Of a DNA stretch of 64,000 nucleotides, positions 12,845 through 26,652 are shown piece after piece; position 1 is the first letter of the stretch, and the number at the start of each line of letters is the position of its first letter. Below the pieces are notes generated by a model that worked only from the letters and a program-made list of their open reading frames with translations, ran no database searches and had not been told where the DNA came from. A program made the translations under genes and the position numbers. The DNA is taken from the NCBI RefSeq assembly GCF_006345805.1, contig NC_043008.1:55614001-55678000 (forward strand). Direction: 5' to 3'. The DNA is from Octopus sinensis. Lineage: Eukaryota.

Positions 12845-13240
12845 TAGGAGTGGCTGTGTGGTAAGTAGCTTGCTTACCAATCACATGGTTCCGGGTTCAG
12901 TCCCACTGCGTGGCACCTTGGGCAAGTATCTTCTACTATAGCCTTGAGCCGACCAAAGCCTTGTGAGTGGATTTGGTAGACGGAAACTGAAAGAAGCCCG
13001 TCGTATATATGTATTTATATATATATATATATGTTTGCGTGTCTGTGTTTGTCCCCTTAATATCGCTTGACAACTGATGCTGGTGTGTTTACATCCCCGT
13101 AACTTAGCAGTTCGGCAAAAGAAACCGATAGTACTAGGCTTACAAAGAATAAGTCCTGGGGCCGATTTGCTCGACTAAAGGCAGTGCTTCAGCATGGCCA
13201 CAGTCAAATGACTGAACCAAGTAAAAGTGTAAAAGAGTAC
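12845..13240 (+). mobile_element. SINE family A, full length
   Basis: Matches 327-720. Confidence 0.9.
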
Positions 13241-13713
13241 TGTAACTTGCCTGTCAGTGGTGAATGTACATTAAAAATAATACATAGACGACTATTTTCA
13301 ATTCCAGTGAATGTATTATATAATGTATTATATTAATGCATTATATAATATAAATTTTTATGGTAAATACATATATGCTGACAGGTGGAATTAGCCTAAC
13401 ATATGGAATGGATGAAACTAGACATCTAGTCTGAGGATTTTTGAGTCAGCATGGGGTGGTTGCCTCCTCTATCAGCATGTGTGTATGAATATCAGCACTC
13501 TCCCTACAGCATGAAGAGTATTTTAACTCTTATTTCTAGCAATGTGGATGCTTCGGCACCCTTAGTCACACTGAGTAACGATTGAGTTTTTCCTTTATTG
13601 GCAATTTTCTTTAACAAGCAACTGAAACATGATTACTCAACCAGCTAAAAATAGCAGTCAATATGCTCGCAAATCACATTCTACTGTTTTAAATAAATAC
13701 CATATAGAATAAC

Positions 13714-13960
13714 GTGGAGGCGTGTGGTTTAGTGGTTAGGTTGTTGGACTCATGATTGTAAGATTGTGATTTCGATTCCTGGACTCAGTGATGTGTTGTG
13801 TTCTTGTGCAAAACACTTCATTTCACGTTGCTCCAGTCCACTCAGCTGGCCAAAATGAGTAATCCTGCGACAGACCAACATCCGGTCAAGGTAGGGAATT
13901 TATACACCATTGAAACCAGCCCTCCTGAGCCTGGTATGGCTCAAGAAGGAAACATTTATT
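13714..13960 (+). mobile_element. SINE family D
   Basis: GTGGAGGCGTGTGGTTTAGTGGTTAGG...ATTTCGATTCC...TTGCTCCAGTCCACTCAGCTGG. Confidence 0.85.
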
Positions 13961-13962
13961 AT

Positions 13963-14330
13963 TTATCACTTCCACCTCAGCGAAGGCAGAGGTATTGTTT
14001 TCAGTTGTATTTGTTTGTTTGTCCATGGACAAGATATCTCAAGAACCGCTCAATGGATACAGATGAAACTTTCAGGGATGTTTGGCCTCATGACTGGCAT
14101 GAACTGATTAGATTCTGGAATCAATCTGGTAGCAGACAAAGATTCTGGATTATTTTTCCTGTTTTTTCATTTTTGAGAGCAGTTGGGTTCATTTTTAGTA
14201 TTCTCCTTTGTGAGAGCGGTCGAGTTTATTTCAGATATTCTCATTTTAAAAATCATCTTTGATTAATCGTTCAGAAGACATTGGTGTTGCCTTGGCAGAA
14301 GTTTGCACTCTCTGAGTACTCTTGTCGTTA
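13963..14330 (+). mobile_element. Helentron-associated (HINE/DINE-1-like) element
   Basis: 5' subterminal CTTCCAC...GCGAAGGC, (GTTT)n microsatellite, CAAGATATCTCAAGAACCGCT...GATGAAACTTTCAGGG core, 3' GCCTTGGCAGAAG and stem-loop GCACTCTCTGAGTAC. Confidence 0.7.
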
Positions 14331-14534
14331 TATAGAATAATACAGTTCCTGATATAGACTCAATGGGATGGTCATGACTGGAATACGTTTCATCATAGTT
14401 TTGTTCAAATTTGACTGACCTGAGAATACACAGCAAGATATTTTGCTTTGTGTCAGTGATTGAAAGCTTCTGCATAGGCACATGACCTGCTAGACAAAGC
14501 AACCAAATCTTCCTCAATGCATAATGTACCATTC

Positions 14535-14945
14535 TTTCTTTTATTCTTTTGTTTCAGTGATTGGTCTGTGGCCATGCTGGAGCAACACTTTGAAGGGTTT
14601 AGTCGAACAAATTAACTACGGTATTTAATTTAAAGCCTGGTACTTCTTCTCTTGGTCTCTTTCTGCTGAATCACTATGTTATGGGAATGTAAACAAACCA
14701 ACATCGGTTATAATGAAATGGTAGAGCACAAACACAAACACAAAGACATACACACACACAAACACGTGTACACGCACACACACACACACACACATACACA
14801 CACACATGCGATGGGCTACTTTCAGTTTCTGTCAATCAAATCCACTCACAAGGCTTTGGTTTACCCAGGGCTAAAGTAGAAGACAGGAGCCCAAGGTGCC
14901 TTGCAGTGAGACTGAACTTGGAGCCATGTGGTTGGTAACTGAACT
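14535..14945 (-). mobile_element. SINE family A variant
   Basis: Reverse-complement tail, body and head. Confidence 0.8.
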
Positions 14946-15559
14946 ACTACCCCTACTGCTACTACTGCTGCTACTACTACTGATGGTTTGTCCTTTGTAG
15001 GTGGCTGGTAACTCACTGAATCTGGAAACTTCCCAAAAGACCTAGATGTACATTAAGCTATATACACCAAAATGTGAAAACAAGTGAAAAAAAAAAAACA
15101 AACAAAATATACCGCAAAAAAACAACAACACAAAATGAGTGTACAATACGAAATAAAACAGAATATAATAATAAAAAGAAGAAAAAAACAAAAAAAATCA
15201 ACATGAAACCAAATAAACAAACAAAAATATCGGCTGATATTTTCAGCATGAATGGTTAGTTATTAAACAATGGTTGTGTTACCTTCAGTAAAGTTGCACC
15301 TAGAGCCTGAAGTCACGTCCCACTGATATAAATATTGGAATAACGTAGGATAAGAAGAAGAACAACAACAACAATGATAATCAGAGTACCATTTCTACTA
15401 TATTGCTGTTACCATCACCTCCACCACCGGCAGCAACAACAACAGCTGCAATAATCAGACCATGGCTGCAGCAACAATGAGACCAAGAGATAAACAGCCA
15501 ATGACCTGACCACAAACAACAACAGCAACAATCAAACCATCACCGCCATCACCACCACC

Positions 15560-16135
15560 AACAACAAATAGACTACCACTGCCACCATTGTCACAACAAC
15601 AACAACAACAAGAGCAACCATCAAACCATCACCGCCACCACTACTACTACTACTACTACCACCACCACCAACAACAACAACAACAACAAATATACTACCA
15701 CTGCCACCATTGTCACAACAACAACAACAACAAGAGCAAATATCAACCATCACCGCTACCACCACCACTACCACCAACACTACCACCAACACTACCACCA
15801 CCACCACCAACAACAAATAGACTACCACTGCCACCATTGTCACAACAACAACAACAACAGCAACCATCAAACCATCACCGCCACCACCACTACTACTACT
15901 ACTACTACCACCACCACCAACAACAACAACAACAAATATACTACCACTGCCACCATTGTCACAACAACAACAACAACAAGAGCAAATATCAAACCATCAC
16001 CGCTACCACCACCACTACCACCAACACTACCACCAACACTACCACCACCACCACCAACAACAACAACAAATAGACTACCACTGCTACCATTGTCACAACA
16101 ACAACAACAGCAACCATCAAACCATCACCGCCATC

Positions 16136-16170
<35 letters not shown>

Positions 16171-16402
16171 CAACAACAACAACAACACAACAACAACAAC
16201 AAATATACTACCACTGCCACCATTGTCACAACAACAACAACAACAAGAGCAAATATCAAACCATCACCGCTACCACCACCACTACCACCAACACTACCAC
16301 CAACACTACCACCACCACCACCAACAACAACAACAAATAGACTACCACTGCTACCATTGTCACAACAACAACAACAGCAACCATCAAACCATCACCGCCA
16401 TC

Positions 16403-16437
<35 letters not shown>

Positions 16438-16520
16438 CACCAACACCACCACCACCAACAGCAACAAATAGACTACCACTTCCACCATTGTCACAACAAC
16501 AACAACAACAACAAAAGCAA
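15560..16520. repeat. Composite minisatellite, 8 units of about 120-135 bp with dimeric higher-order structure
   Basis: Anchor ACCACTGC(C/T)ACCATTGTCACAAC near 15575, 15698, 15825, 15944, 16078, 16211, 16345 and 16475; AGACT and ATACT variants alternate. Confidence 0.9.
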
Positions 16521-16649
16521 CAATCAGCTGGTGAAAACTATGAGACAACAACAATGATAATAGCAATAACAATGAAACCACAACAGGATCTATAACAAGA
16601 CTGCAACAGCAGCCACAACATTTCAGATATGGAACCAAGATTCAACCAG

Positions 16650-16769
16650 CCTGGTGGTTGCGACGGCGGCAGTGGTGGTGGTGGTGGTGGTAGTAGTAGC
16701 AGCAGCAGCAGTAGTTGTAGTAGTAGTTATGATGGTGGTGGAAGCGGTGGTGGTAGTGGTGGTAGTGGC

Positions 16770-16808
<39 letters not shown>

Positions 16809-17126
16809 TTTAGTGGTAGTAGTAGTAGTTGTTGAAGTAGTAGCAGCAGCAGTAGTTATGATGGTGATAGTGGTGGTGGAGGTGGTGGTGGTTGTAATAG
16901 TAGTAGTAGTAGTAGTAGTGGTCCTGGTAGTAGTAATGGTGGTGGTGGTGGTTATAGTAGTAATAGTAGTAGTGGTGGTGATGATGATGATGATATTGGT
17001 GGTAGTTGTAGTAGTAGTGTTGTTGGTAGTAGTAGTAGTAGTAGTAATAGTAGTAGTAGTGGTGGTGGTGGTGGTGGTGGTGGTGGTGGTGGTGGTGGCA
17101 GTAGTAGTAGTAGTAGTAGTAGTAGT

Positions 17127-17157
<31 letters not shown>

Positions 17158-17460
17158 GTAGTTATGATGGTGATAGTGGTGGTGGTGATGGTGGTGGTGG
17201 TATGGGTTATGGCAAACTACAGCTCTGGTGGTCACTGTGATGGTTCACAAAGGCAATGAGAATAATGTAGGTTGTCATCCATGAACATCAGCCCATACTG
17301 TAGTACTAGTAGTAGTAGTAGTGGTGGTGGTGGTGGTGGTGGTGGTGGTGGTAATAGTAGTAGTTTATGATACAGTAGTGGTTAGTCTTGTAGTTGCTTG
17401 TGTTGTTATTGCTGCTGTTGTTGATGTTATTTCATCCATCAATGTTGTAATTCTTGTTTA
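16650..17460. repeat. (GGT/AGT/GAT)n low-complexity block
   Basis: Direct reading; complementary in composition to the preceding block. Confidence 0.95.
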
Positions 17461-17719
17461 GCTTCGAGTCAGCCTTGAGCAAGCAGAACTATAACAAAAG
17501 GCAATCTAGCCATGACCATCACACTTTTTTTTTTCTTTTTCCAAACTCACTGTGTTTAGCACTTCGTTATCCAATGTGTCCATCCTTTTAAAAAGACAAT
17601 GCAGTGTGATTCAAAAGAGATTTGGCTGCTATTTCATGTAGATTAACATATTGTGTAGAAGTACTCTCATTTCACGTTATCATAGATGTTGTTCTTGTTG
17701 CAGTAACAGCTCATTGTGC

Positions 17720-18480
17720 TTATAGCTTTGTACCTATAGTTCATGCCTATAGTTTTGTACATATGATTTTGTGTATAGTTCATGCCAAAATTTTTGTCTT
17801 TTATGATATTTTACTTATAGTTTTTTCTATAGCTTTTTTGCTTATGGTTTTGTGCCTATAGTGGAGGCATGTGGCATAGACGTTACTATAGCAACCTATA
17901 GTTTTGAGTCTATGGAATTGTGTCTATGTCTGTGTATTTTGCTTTGTACCATAGCTTTTTGTCTATAATTTTGTGCCTATTGTTTTGTGTTTATTGGCTT
18001 TGTACCTATATTTTTTGTAATTACGGGTTTTGTGCTTATATTTTGTTCCAACAGGTTTGTGTCTTTAGCTTTCTGCCTATAGAATTGTACCTAGAGTCTT
18101 ATACTTATATTTTTTATGAATGTGACTTTGGGCTTTAATTTTTTGCCATAGTTTTGTGTCTATAGTTTCCTATCCACAGCTTTGTTCTTATGGTTTTTGC
18201 CTATAGTTTCATGCTTAAGGATTTGTGTTTATAATTTTTGCTTATAGTTTCATACTTATGGTTTTGTGCCTACAATTTTGTCACATGGTTTTGAACCTAT
18301 ACATTTGTATTACTGGTCTTTATGTCTTTAGTTTTGAGCTTATGGTTGTTTTGCCAAAAGTTTCATTCTTATGATTTAGAATTTACAATTTTGTGCCTAT
18401 ATCTTGTGCTTATAGTTTTGCACCTTTATCTATGATTTTGTACCTATAGTTTTGTACTTATGGTTTTTTGCCTATAATTT
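17720..18480. repeat. Degenerate minisatellite, about 15-17-bp unit (CTATAGTTTTGTGC-like)
   Basis: Dozens of TATAG/TATGG TTTTG TGC units. Confidence 0.8.
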
Positions 18481-18779
18481 GTGATAACTATTCTGGTTCA
18501 GGTACTTCTAATAATGTGAAACAACGGAATTGCATACATCAAGAAACATTTTGTTCAGTAGGAAGGAATATCAACCATGTTTCATGGTATGCTACCACAA
18601 CAGCTCCTTTATAGGATCCAGTTAGCTCAAGACATCATCAAGAGGAATCACGTCTGGTTTTGACCCCTACCCCTCTACCGTTTTGACATGGCAGCCCCTG
18701 CCTCTTTCGGAGGTGTCTTCAGCTCTGGTGTTGAGTGCATGTCTTCTTTCTCCTTCTTTCTTCTGTTCCCTGGCCTCTT

Positions 18780-20090
18780 CGATAATTTGTGATAACTATT
18801 CTGGTCCAGGTACTTCCAATAATATAAAACAATGGAATTGCATACATCAAGAAACATTTTGTTCAGTATTTGTGTGCATTTTGTTTAAGTGGTTTCCCTC
18901 AATTTGTTGACTGTTGCTGGTTGAGGACATGAAGGGTCTTCTACTGAATCTCTTTGTTCAAACCACCTGTTTGCCAAAATCTCATTAAGGTAGGCCCTTA
19001 CATTGCTATGATAGTGTAGGATGTCTTATTTAGCTGGAAATAAATCTCCACATCTTCAAAGCCCTTTTAAATACTTGTCATGGAAAATTCTCACGGCAAA
19101 GTCAAGTAAATAGGCTGTCACAGTACCATCAAAAAGGATGGTTGAGTTAATCCTTATGATGATAAGTTGCACCATATTGTAACTCCTGGTAAATTAATAT
19201 GATTATCCTCTATAATATACAGATTCTCAAGTCCCAGCAGATGCATTTGGGGCAGTTAATCGAGTCATTTAATTTAAATGTAACTTCATTACCCCTAAAC
19301 AATCTGTTGTGTTAGTAGTGTTATGGACTGTGATGGAGCTATGTGGTGTTGGTGGAGGGGATTGCAGATGAGGTAGACGGAAGTGAGCACTGCAGGGGCC
19401 AGTGGCATAGGCACGGGGCATGCATGGGCAGGAAGCATGTGTGGTCAGTTCGAGCAGAGACGGCAGCTAGAAAAGACGTGTTTATTTATTCAGAGTGATC
19501 GCTCCCTCCATCACACTACACAATCTTTGCGAGAAAGTGTGCACCTTCCATACATCTTGCCAAGTACCACTCACAAAACTCCACTTTTAAACCTGGGTCA
19601 TCTTCATTGAGAACATCGACTATTCTTGGAATGTAACTTTTCCTACGACAGTGCTTCAAAATACAATGTACACTTAATTTTGAAACTCTTATCTCAGAAC
19701 TTGCTTGCTACAAAGATTTTCTTGAACTCTGACCATACATTTCTAGTCACCCTTCTTGCTTTGTGAGACTTGCTGATGTCTGCAGTCTTCTGGAATTTAT
19801 CTTCTGGACATTCTGAACAGTTCCATCTGTTTCAAACTTATCTCTGATTTGAGTCATGGTAAGTTACAAAAGTGGATCTGTTTGAAACTGGATACTAAAC
19901 TGTCTTAGCATCTTAGCACTGGATGAAATGTCTTTCTCAAAATTCCAGTAGAGCCTTTGGCTAAATGTCCCTGGTTCAAAGATTAGTCTGGTTCCTTTTA
20001 TAATTTTTTTATGTGTTACATCTAAGAAGGAATGAAAATCATGTGAGCTGTTAGCTGTTAAAGTGTGTATGCATTTTTTGGGTGACACCT
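18780..20090 (-). mobile_element. Fossil Tc1/mariner transposon with a DD41D (rosa/Visitor-like) transposase
   Basis: One TIR (TA-AGGTGTCACCCAAAAAATGCATACAC at about 20060-20092). Manual translation across frameshifts gives [72 protein letters not shown] and PATVNKLRE. The third-D region is deleted, so DD41D is inferred. Confidence 0.75.
19305..19520. mobile_element. Solo LTR, 216 bp, 5-bp TSD
   Basis: TGTTGTGT...ACACTACA termini; CAATC at 19300-19304 and 19521-19525. Removing it restores the transposase reading AKIV*GNEVTF. Confidence 0.85.
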
Positions 20091-20092
20091 TA

Positions 20093-20123
<31 letters not shown>

Positions 20124-20348
20124 ACACACACACACACACACACACAGGTATACACACACACACAAACACACATGCACTCACCTGCACACATGTATACACA
20201 CGCACACATATATAATACACATTTACACGCACACATATATATATGTATATATATATACATATATATTATATATATCATTGTTTTGACATACACTTTTCCA
20301 TATATATATATATATGTAACAATATCTATATCTATTGATTTATATATT

Positions 20349-20419
<71 letters not shown>

Positions 20420-21269
20420 TATATATAGTCTGAATTTTATAGTATTAAGTATCCATCACAAATGGTCTTACCAATCAGTTTTGCATAAAGAATACAATAT
20501 GTATAATGTATATATATATATAATATATATACACATACACACACATACTTATTTCTGTGTGCGTATATGTGTGTTGTATTTATTTGCAAGATACTTCTCC
20601 CAGATGTTCTAAGATACATCATCAGTATGTTTCTAGGGGTCATAAGAGGTTTTGAGTTTTTCAAACATCAGACCCCTATCTTCACCACACCCAGATGACC
20701 CAGCAGGGATTGATCAAGTCTCAGCTTGCATCCCACTAGCAGCAGCAATAAAGCCACAGGGTCTACCCTCTTTTCCTAAAGCATCAGTCGGCTTCCTCAC
20801 TCGCTTTGCCGACAGACTGTATTACTACCCACCTCTTTGCTGCATCAGCTTTGCCAACAACAGGCAGAGGTTAGCAGAGTGACTACCCTACAAAACCTTA
20901 GCAGCCTGCTTTAATTGTTTCAGTGTGTCTGGCAGCTTTGGTTTCTGTGCAGCTCTACGAGGTTGTTTTGAATACTCACACACAAAATATATACGCATTC
21001 TTTTATTCTTTTACTTGTTTCAATTATCTGAATGCAGCCATGCTGGAGCACCGCCTTAAAGGGTTTTTTTAGTTGAAGAAATCAAACCCTAGGTCTTATT
21101 CTTTGAAAGCCTAGTACTTATTCTGTTGGTCTCTTTTGCCAAACCGCTAAGTTACGGTGACATAAACACAAAAGCATCAGTTGTCAATTGATGACAAGTG
21201 GACAATCACAGACTCACTCACACACACACACATGAATATACATATATATGCTGGTGTGTTTATGTCACC

Positions 21270-21332
<63 letters not shown>

Positions 21333-21336
<4 letters not shown>

Positions 21337-21535
21337 CTCCAAACATGAACAAAGAGAAAACACAACAGCAGGAGGACGTGGAACAAGTATAGTGTTATTG
21401 GACGCTCAGGAAAGGAAAGAAAGAAGGAGGATTTAAAGTTTCGAGCAGAGCTCTTCGTCAGAAATATAAGAAAGGAAAGACCCAAGGAAGGGAAGATGGA
21501 GAAAGAAAATTGCCAACAATATACACGTGGTCACG
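21333..21535 (-). mobile_element. About 200-bp HHR-bearing repeat (family H1; putative Penelope solo pseudo-LTR)
   Basis: Homologous to 62070-62272; abuts a (TA)n tract. Confidence 0.8.
21431..21465 (-). ncRNA. Minimal type I hammerhead ribozyme motif
   Basis: AUUU-CUGACGA-A-GAGC-UCU-GCUC-GAAAC-UU-U-AAAU. Core boxes and stems I and II are intact; the stem III G is mutated to U. Confidence 0.8.
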
Positions 21536-21830
21536 TGGCCGTTGCCAGCGCTGCCTCAACTGGCCTTCGTGCCGGTGGCACGTAAAAAGCACCAACTGAT
21601 CATGGCCTTGCCAGCCTCGCCTGGCACCTGTGCCAGTGACACATAAAAAGGACCCACTACACTCACGGAGTAGTTGGCGTTAGGAAGGGCATCCAGCTGT
21701 AGAAACACTGCCAGATCAGACTGGTCCTGGTGCAGCCTCCTAGCTTCCCAGATTCCAGTCGAACCGTCCAACCCATGCTAGCATGGAAAGCAGATGTTAA
21801 AAACGATGATGATGATGATGATGATGATTA
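21536..21830 (+). mobile_element. Family B element
   Basis: GGCACGTAAAAAGCACC sub-repeats, family B 3' end and (GAT)n. Confidence 0.85.
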
Positions 21831-21834
21831 TATA

Positions 21835-22000
21835 TACAAATGGCTGGGCTTGTTTCAGTTTCCATCTTTCAAGTCTACCCACAAAACTTTGGTTCACCCG
21901 AGACTATAGTAGAAGACACATGTCCAGGGTGCCATGCAGTAGGACTGAACCTGGAACCATGCACTTGGGAAGGAAGATTCTTACTATACAGTCTCACACA
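21835..22000 (-). mobile_element. Family A 5' half
   Basis: Reverse-complement head. Confidence 0.75.
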
Positions 22001-22059
22001 CACATACACACATGCACATGCACACACACACATTGCATTAATTACATAAATATACATAT

Positions 22060-22350
22060 GTGGAGGTGCAATGGCCCAGTGGTTAGGGCAGCGGACTCGC
22101 GGTCGTAGGATCATGGTTTCGATTCCCAGACTGGGCGTTGTGATTGTTTATTGAGCGAAAACACCTAAAAAGCAACACGAGGCTCCGGCAGGGGGTGGTG
22201 ATCCCTGCTGTACACTTTCACCACTCTTTCTTCTGTTGGCCTGCTCGCTTAGCCAGCGGGGTGGCATGATTCGAAGGCTAAAACAATGCGAACGCATTGT
22301 GACCAGCGATGTGTAGCAACATCTGATGGTCTTGTCGGTCACGTGATTAT
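22060..22350 (+). mobile_element. SINE family C, tail variant 3
   Basis: Family C head plus a distinct tail GGCCTGCTCGCTTAGCCAGCGGGGTGGC...GGTCACGTGAT. Confidence 0.85.
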
Positions 22351-22799
22351 TACGTGATATACATATGTATGTATGAATGTAACGCTAGGGCCTCAAGTCA
22401 CAAAAGTGACTTGGAAGCTGAGAGTTTCATCCAAGGCACACATCAAATTGATAAAGGCCACACATAAAATTCTTCAGTCTTTGAGTCACAATTTTGTGAC
22501 TTTCTTCTGATTAAAAATATATAAACACTCATTTATGTTGAATTCTATTTCTTCTGGTCATTTATTCCTCCAAACTTGCATTTGTACCTTCAGCATCATT
22601 ATCATCATCATCATCAACTTCATCATCATCATTTAGCATCCATTTTCCATGCTGGCATGGGTTGGATGGTTTGACTGTGATTGGTAAGCCAGAAAGCTGT
22701 ACCAGGAACCATTCTGATTTGCTTTGTACAGCTGAACGCACTTCCTAATGCCAACGACTCTAAGAGTGTAGTGGGTGCTTTTTACACACATATTTATCA

Positions 22800-24030
<1,231 letters not shown>

Positions 24031-24664
24031 ACACATATACATGTATGTATGTATGCATGCAGTGAAATCCATTTATGCTTGTGCTTTTGTAGTGAAGGCC
24101 AGGAGAAAATATTTAAAGTTATTTACGTCATACAGAGAAGAGTTAATTTGACCATCATCCACACACAACCTGAGAATGTTTTGAAGACGTTACATGAAAA
24201 CTGATAGCTTCCTTGATAAATCATATAAATAGCTACGTGTTTATATATATTATATTTATGTATATGACAGAAAGTTCGCACAACTCATTTGGTCAGGGTT
24301 ACATATATTACCTAATGGAAATTTGATTCAACTCCATGCAACTAAAATATTCATAGGCTTGTCAGACTAACCTAACTCATCAGGTACGTAGAAATGAATG
24401 AAGGATAGCGCAAGATGATTTCTGGGTATTGGGCTGCTGTTGATCTAGACAGCTCACATGGTGTTATCAATTTCATAGTGACATCATTTCCCATTCTTTG
24501 GAATCCAGAGATTTCAAAGATATGATTGTGTATTTTGAGAATGACATTGCAGGGTAGGTGTGAGATGCTGAATTTAGTCAGTTTGAAAATAAAACAGGTA
24601 GAATATTTGGGCTGGATATGGACAGTTTAAATGCCAAAGGGTAAAATCAACACCAGTTTATAAA

Positions 24665-24840
24665 TGTGGAGGCAAGTGGCTTAGCAGTTAGGGTGTTGCA
24701 CCCATAACTGTAAGATTGTGGTTTCAATTCCTGGACTGGGTGATAAATTGTATTTTTGAGTTAAACACTTCATTTCACATTGCTCCAGTCCACTCAGCTG
24801 GCAAAAAGTGAGTAACCCTACAATGGACTAGCATCCCATT
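24665..24840 (+). mobile_element. SINE family D
   Basis: Matches 13714. Confidence 0.8.
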
Positions 24841-25109
24841 CATCATCATCATCATCATCATCGGACGTTAAACGATGATGATGATGATGAATTCAGGAAA
24901 TCAGCCTTTTGAGCCTGTTGCTTAGGAAGGAATTTTGATTCTTTTTTAATTTTTTGATCCAGTTTATAAAAGGAACTTATTTTGCATTTCTTGATGAGTG
25001 CAAGAAAGATGATTGTGGTGGTATGGCCATGAGACGTGTATGGATGAGGACAGCTGTGTAAAAAAAATTGCCAATCTCTAACTGTGGAGAGAAACTGTGG
25101 AATAGCTAA

Positions 25110-25448
25110 ACCCAAGAAGACATGAGACAAGGTAGTGTAGCATGACCATTGAATGCTGTACCTCACAGGGGCGATGATAAGTGACCAAGAACCTTTGGCA
25201 ATATGCAGTACTTGAGAAGACCCATCAAGCCAACTGAAATCGTAGTTGTGACAGATGCCAGTGTCACATGAGAGACACATAAAAGCACCCATTACACTCT
25301 TGGAGTGGTTGGCATTAGGAAGGGCATCCAGCCTTAGAAACCATGCCAAATCAGACTGGAACCTGGTACAGCTCTCCAGTCTACCAGTTTCAATCAAACC
25401 GTCTAACCCATGCCAGCATGGAAAGCAGATGTTAAATGATGATGATAG

Positions 25449-25479
<31 letters not shown>

Positions 25480-25480
25480 G
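25110..25480 (+). mobile_element. Family B element
   Basis: Matches 721-1080. Confidence 0.8.
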
Positions 25481-25489
25481 ATGAATTCC

Positions 25490-25780
25490 TGAGAGAAAGA
25501 AGGCAAAGTTTGCCCTTATGGGATTTGAACTCAGTATGTAGAAATAAAACGTTAAATATTCTTATCTACTATAGGCTCAAGGCCTGAAATTTTGAAGGAG
25601 GGGGGCCAGTCAATTAGATCAACCCCCACACAACTGGTACTTAATTTATCAATCCCGAAAGGATGAAAGACAAAATCGACCTCAGCAGAATTTGAACTCA
25701 GAGTATAAAGACAGATGAAATACTGCTAAGCATTTCACCCAGCATGCTAATGTTTCTGCCAGCTTGCTGCCTTCATTAAC
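25490..25780 (-). mobile_element. SINE family E (tRNA-like head; conserved GCCTTTCATCCTTTCGGGGTCGATAAA domain)
   Basis: CTGGTACTTAATTTATCAATCCCGAAAGGATGAAAG...GAATTTGAACTC; B box GAGTTCAAATTC on the minus strand. Confidence 0.85.
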
Positions 25781-25940
25781 TATAGTTTGCTAGGCATTTG
25801 TGTCCAGTTCTCACTATATCTCCTCACATATTGTCTTCATTTTGCTGCCAATAATCATTATGGTTTCTTTTGTCTATTCACAATATTATTTTCACTTTCG
25901 TAAAGTATAGACCCTTAGATGTTGTTGGTGCTTCATTTAA

Positions 25941-26161
25941 CCCTTTCATTGCCATATTTTATTTGAGATACTCTGTGTTTCTTTCAAATACTTTAAATAT
26001 AACAAATAATTTAGTAAAATAACTTAGTTATCATTCAGCCAGTGTTAGGAACATAAATTGTGACTAAGGTTTGGTGGAAGATTTTAATTCAAAACTTATG
26101 AAAACAAGACATTTGTACCTCAGAGTCAGAGCCAGTTTCAGCCGGGTTGGTAACGAAAGGG
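25941..26161. mobile_element. piggyBac-type MITE (family 1), 221 bp
   Basis: TTAA on both sides; TIR CCCTTTCATTGCCA / TGGTAACGAAAGGG; second copy at 45140-45360. Confidence 0.9.
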
Positions 26162-26611
26162 TTAAGGGGGTAAACATGGCCATGACAATAAGGCATTGAG
26201 TTACAGCATTAACTCCTTTCATGGTTCCGCTCATTGGATTATGGCTACACTCAAGCATTGCCATCTAGAGGTTTTGGTTGGATTCATTGACTCCACTACT
26301 TTGCTTGGTACTATTTGATTGATCACTGTTACTGAATGGCTAAGTCCAAAATACTGCAATGTATTTTTTTATTCAAAACACTAACTTATCAATCATCTCT
26401 TCAACAATATTCACATACACACATATGAACACACATGCACATGTATATATATATATGAATGTGCATGTGTGTGTGTGTGTGTTTATATGTGTGTGTATGT
26501 GTGCATGTGTGTGTGTATGTATGTATGTATGTGTATATATGTATATATCCAGTAGTAATATATGTACTTCCATGTTTGCATTTGGGCTTCTGTTGTCAAT
26601 TATATATGTAC

Positions 26612-26652
<41 letters not shown>

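Noticed and set aside
13798-14262. 154-aa ORF
   Set aside because: Chance read-through across a family D SINE and a HINE.
15532-17259. Long Gln/His/Pro/Val-rich ORFs as structural-protein genes
   Set aside because: Trinucleotide repeats are open in several frames on both strands, and there is no splice or start context.
20655-20950. GC-richer unique island as an exon or LINE fragment
   Set aside because: No recognisable motif or convincing splice pair.
24858-25397. 179-aa ORF
   Set aside because: Antisense read-through of family B repeat sequence.
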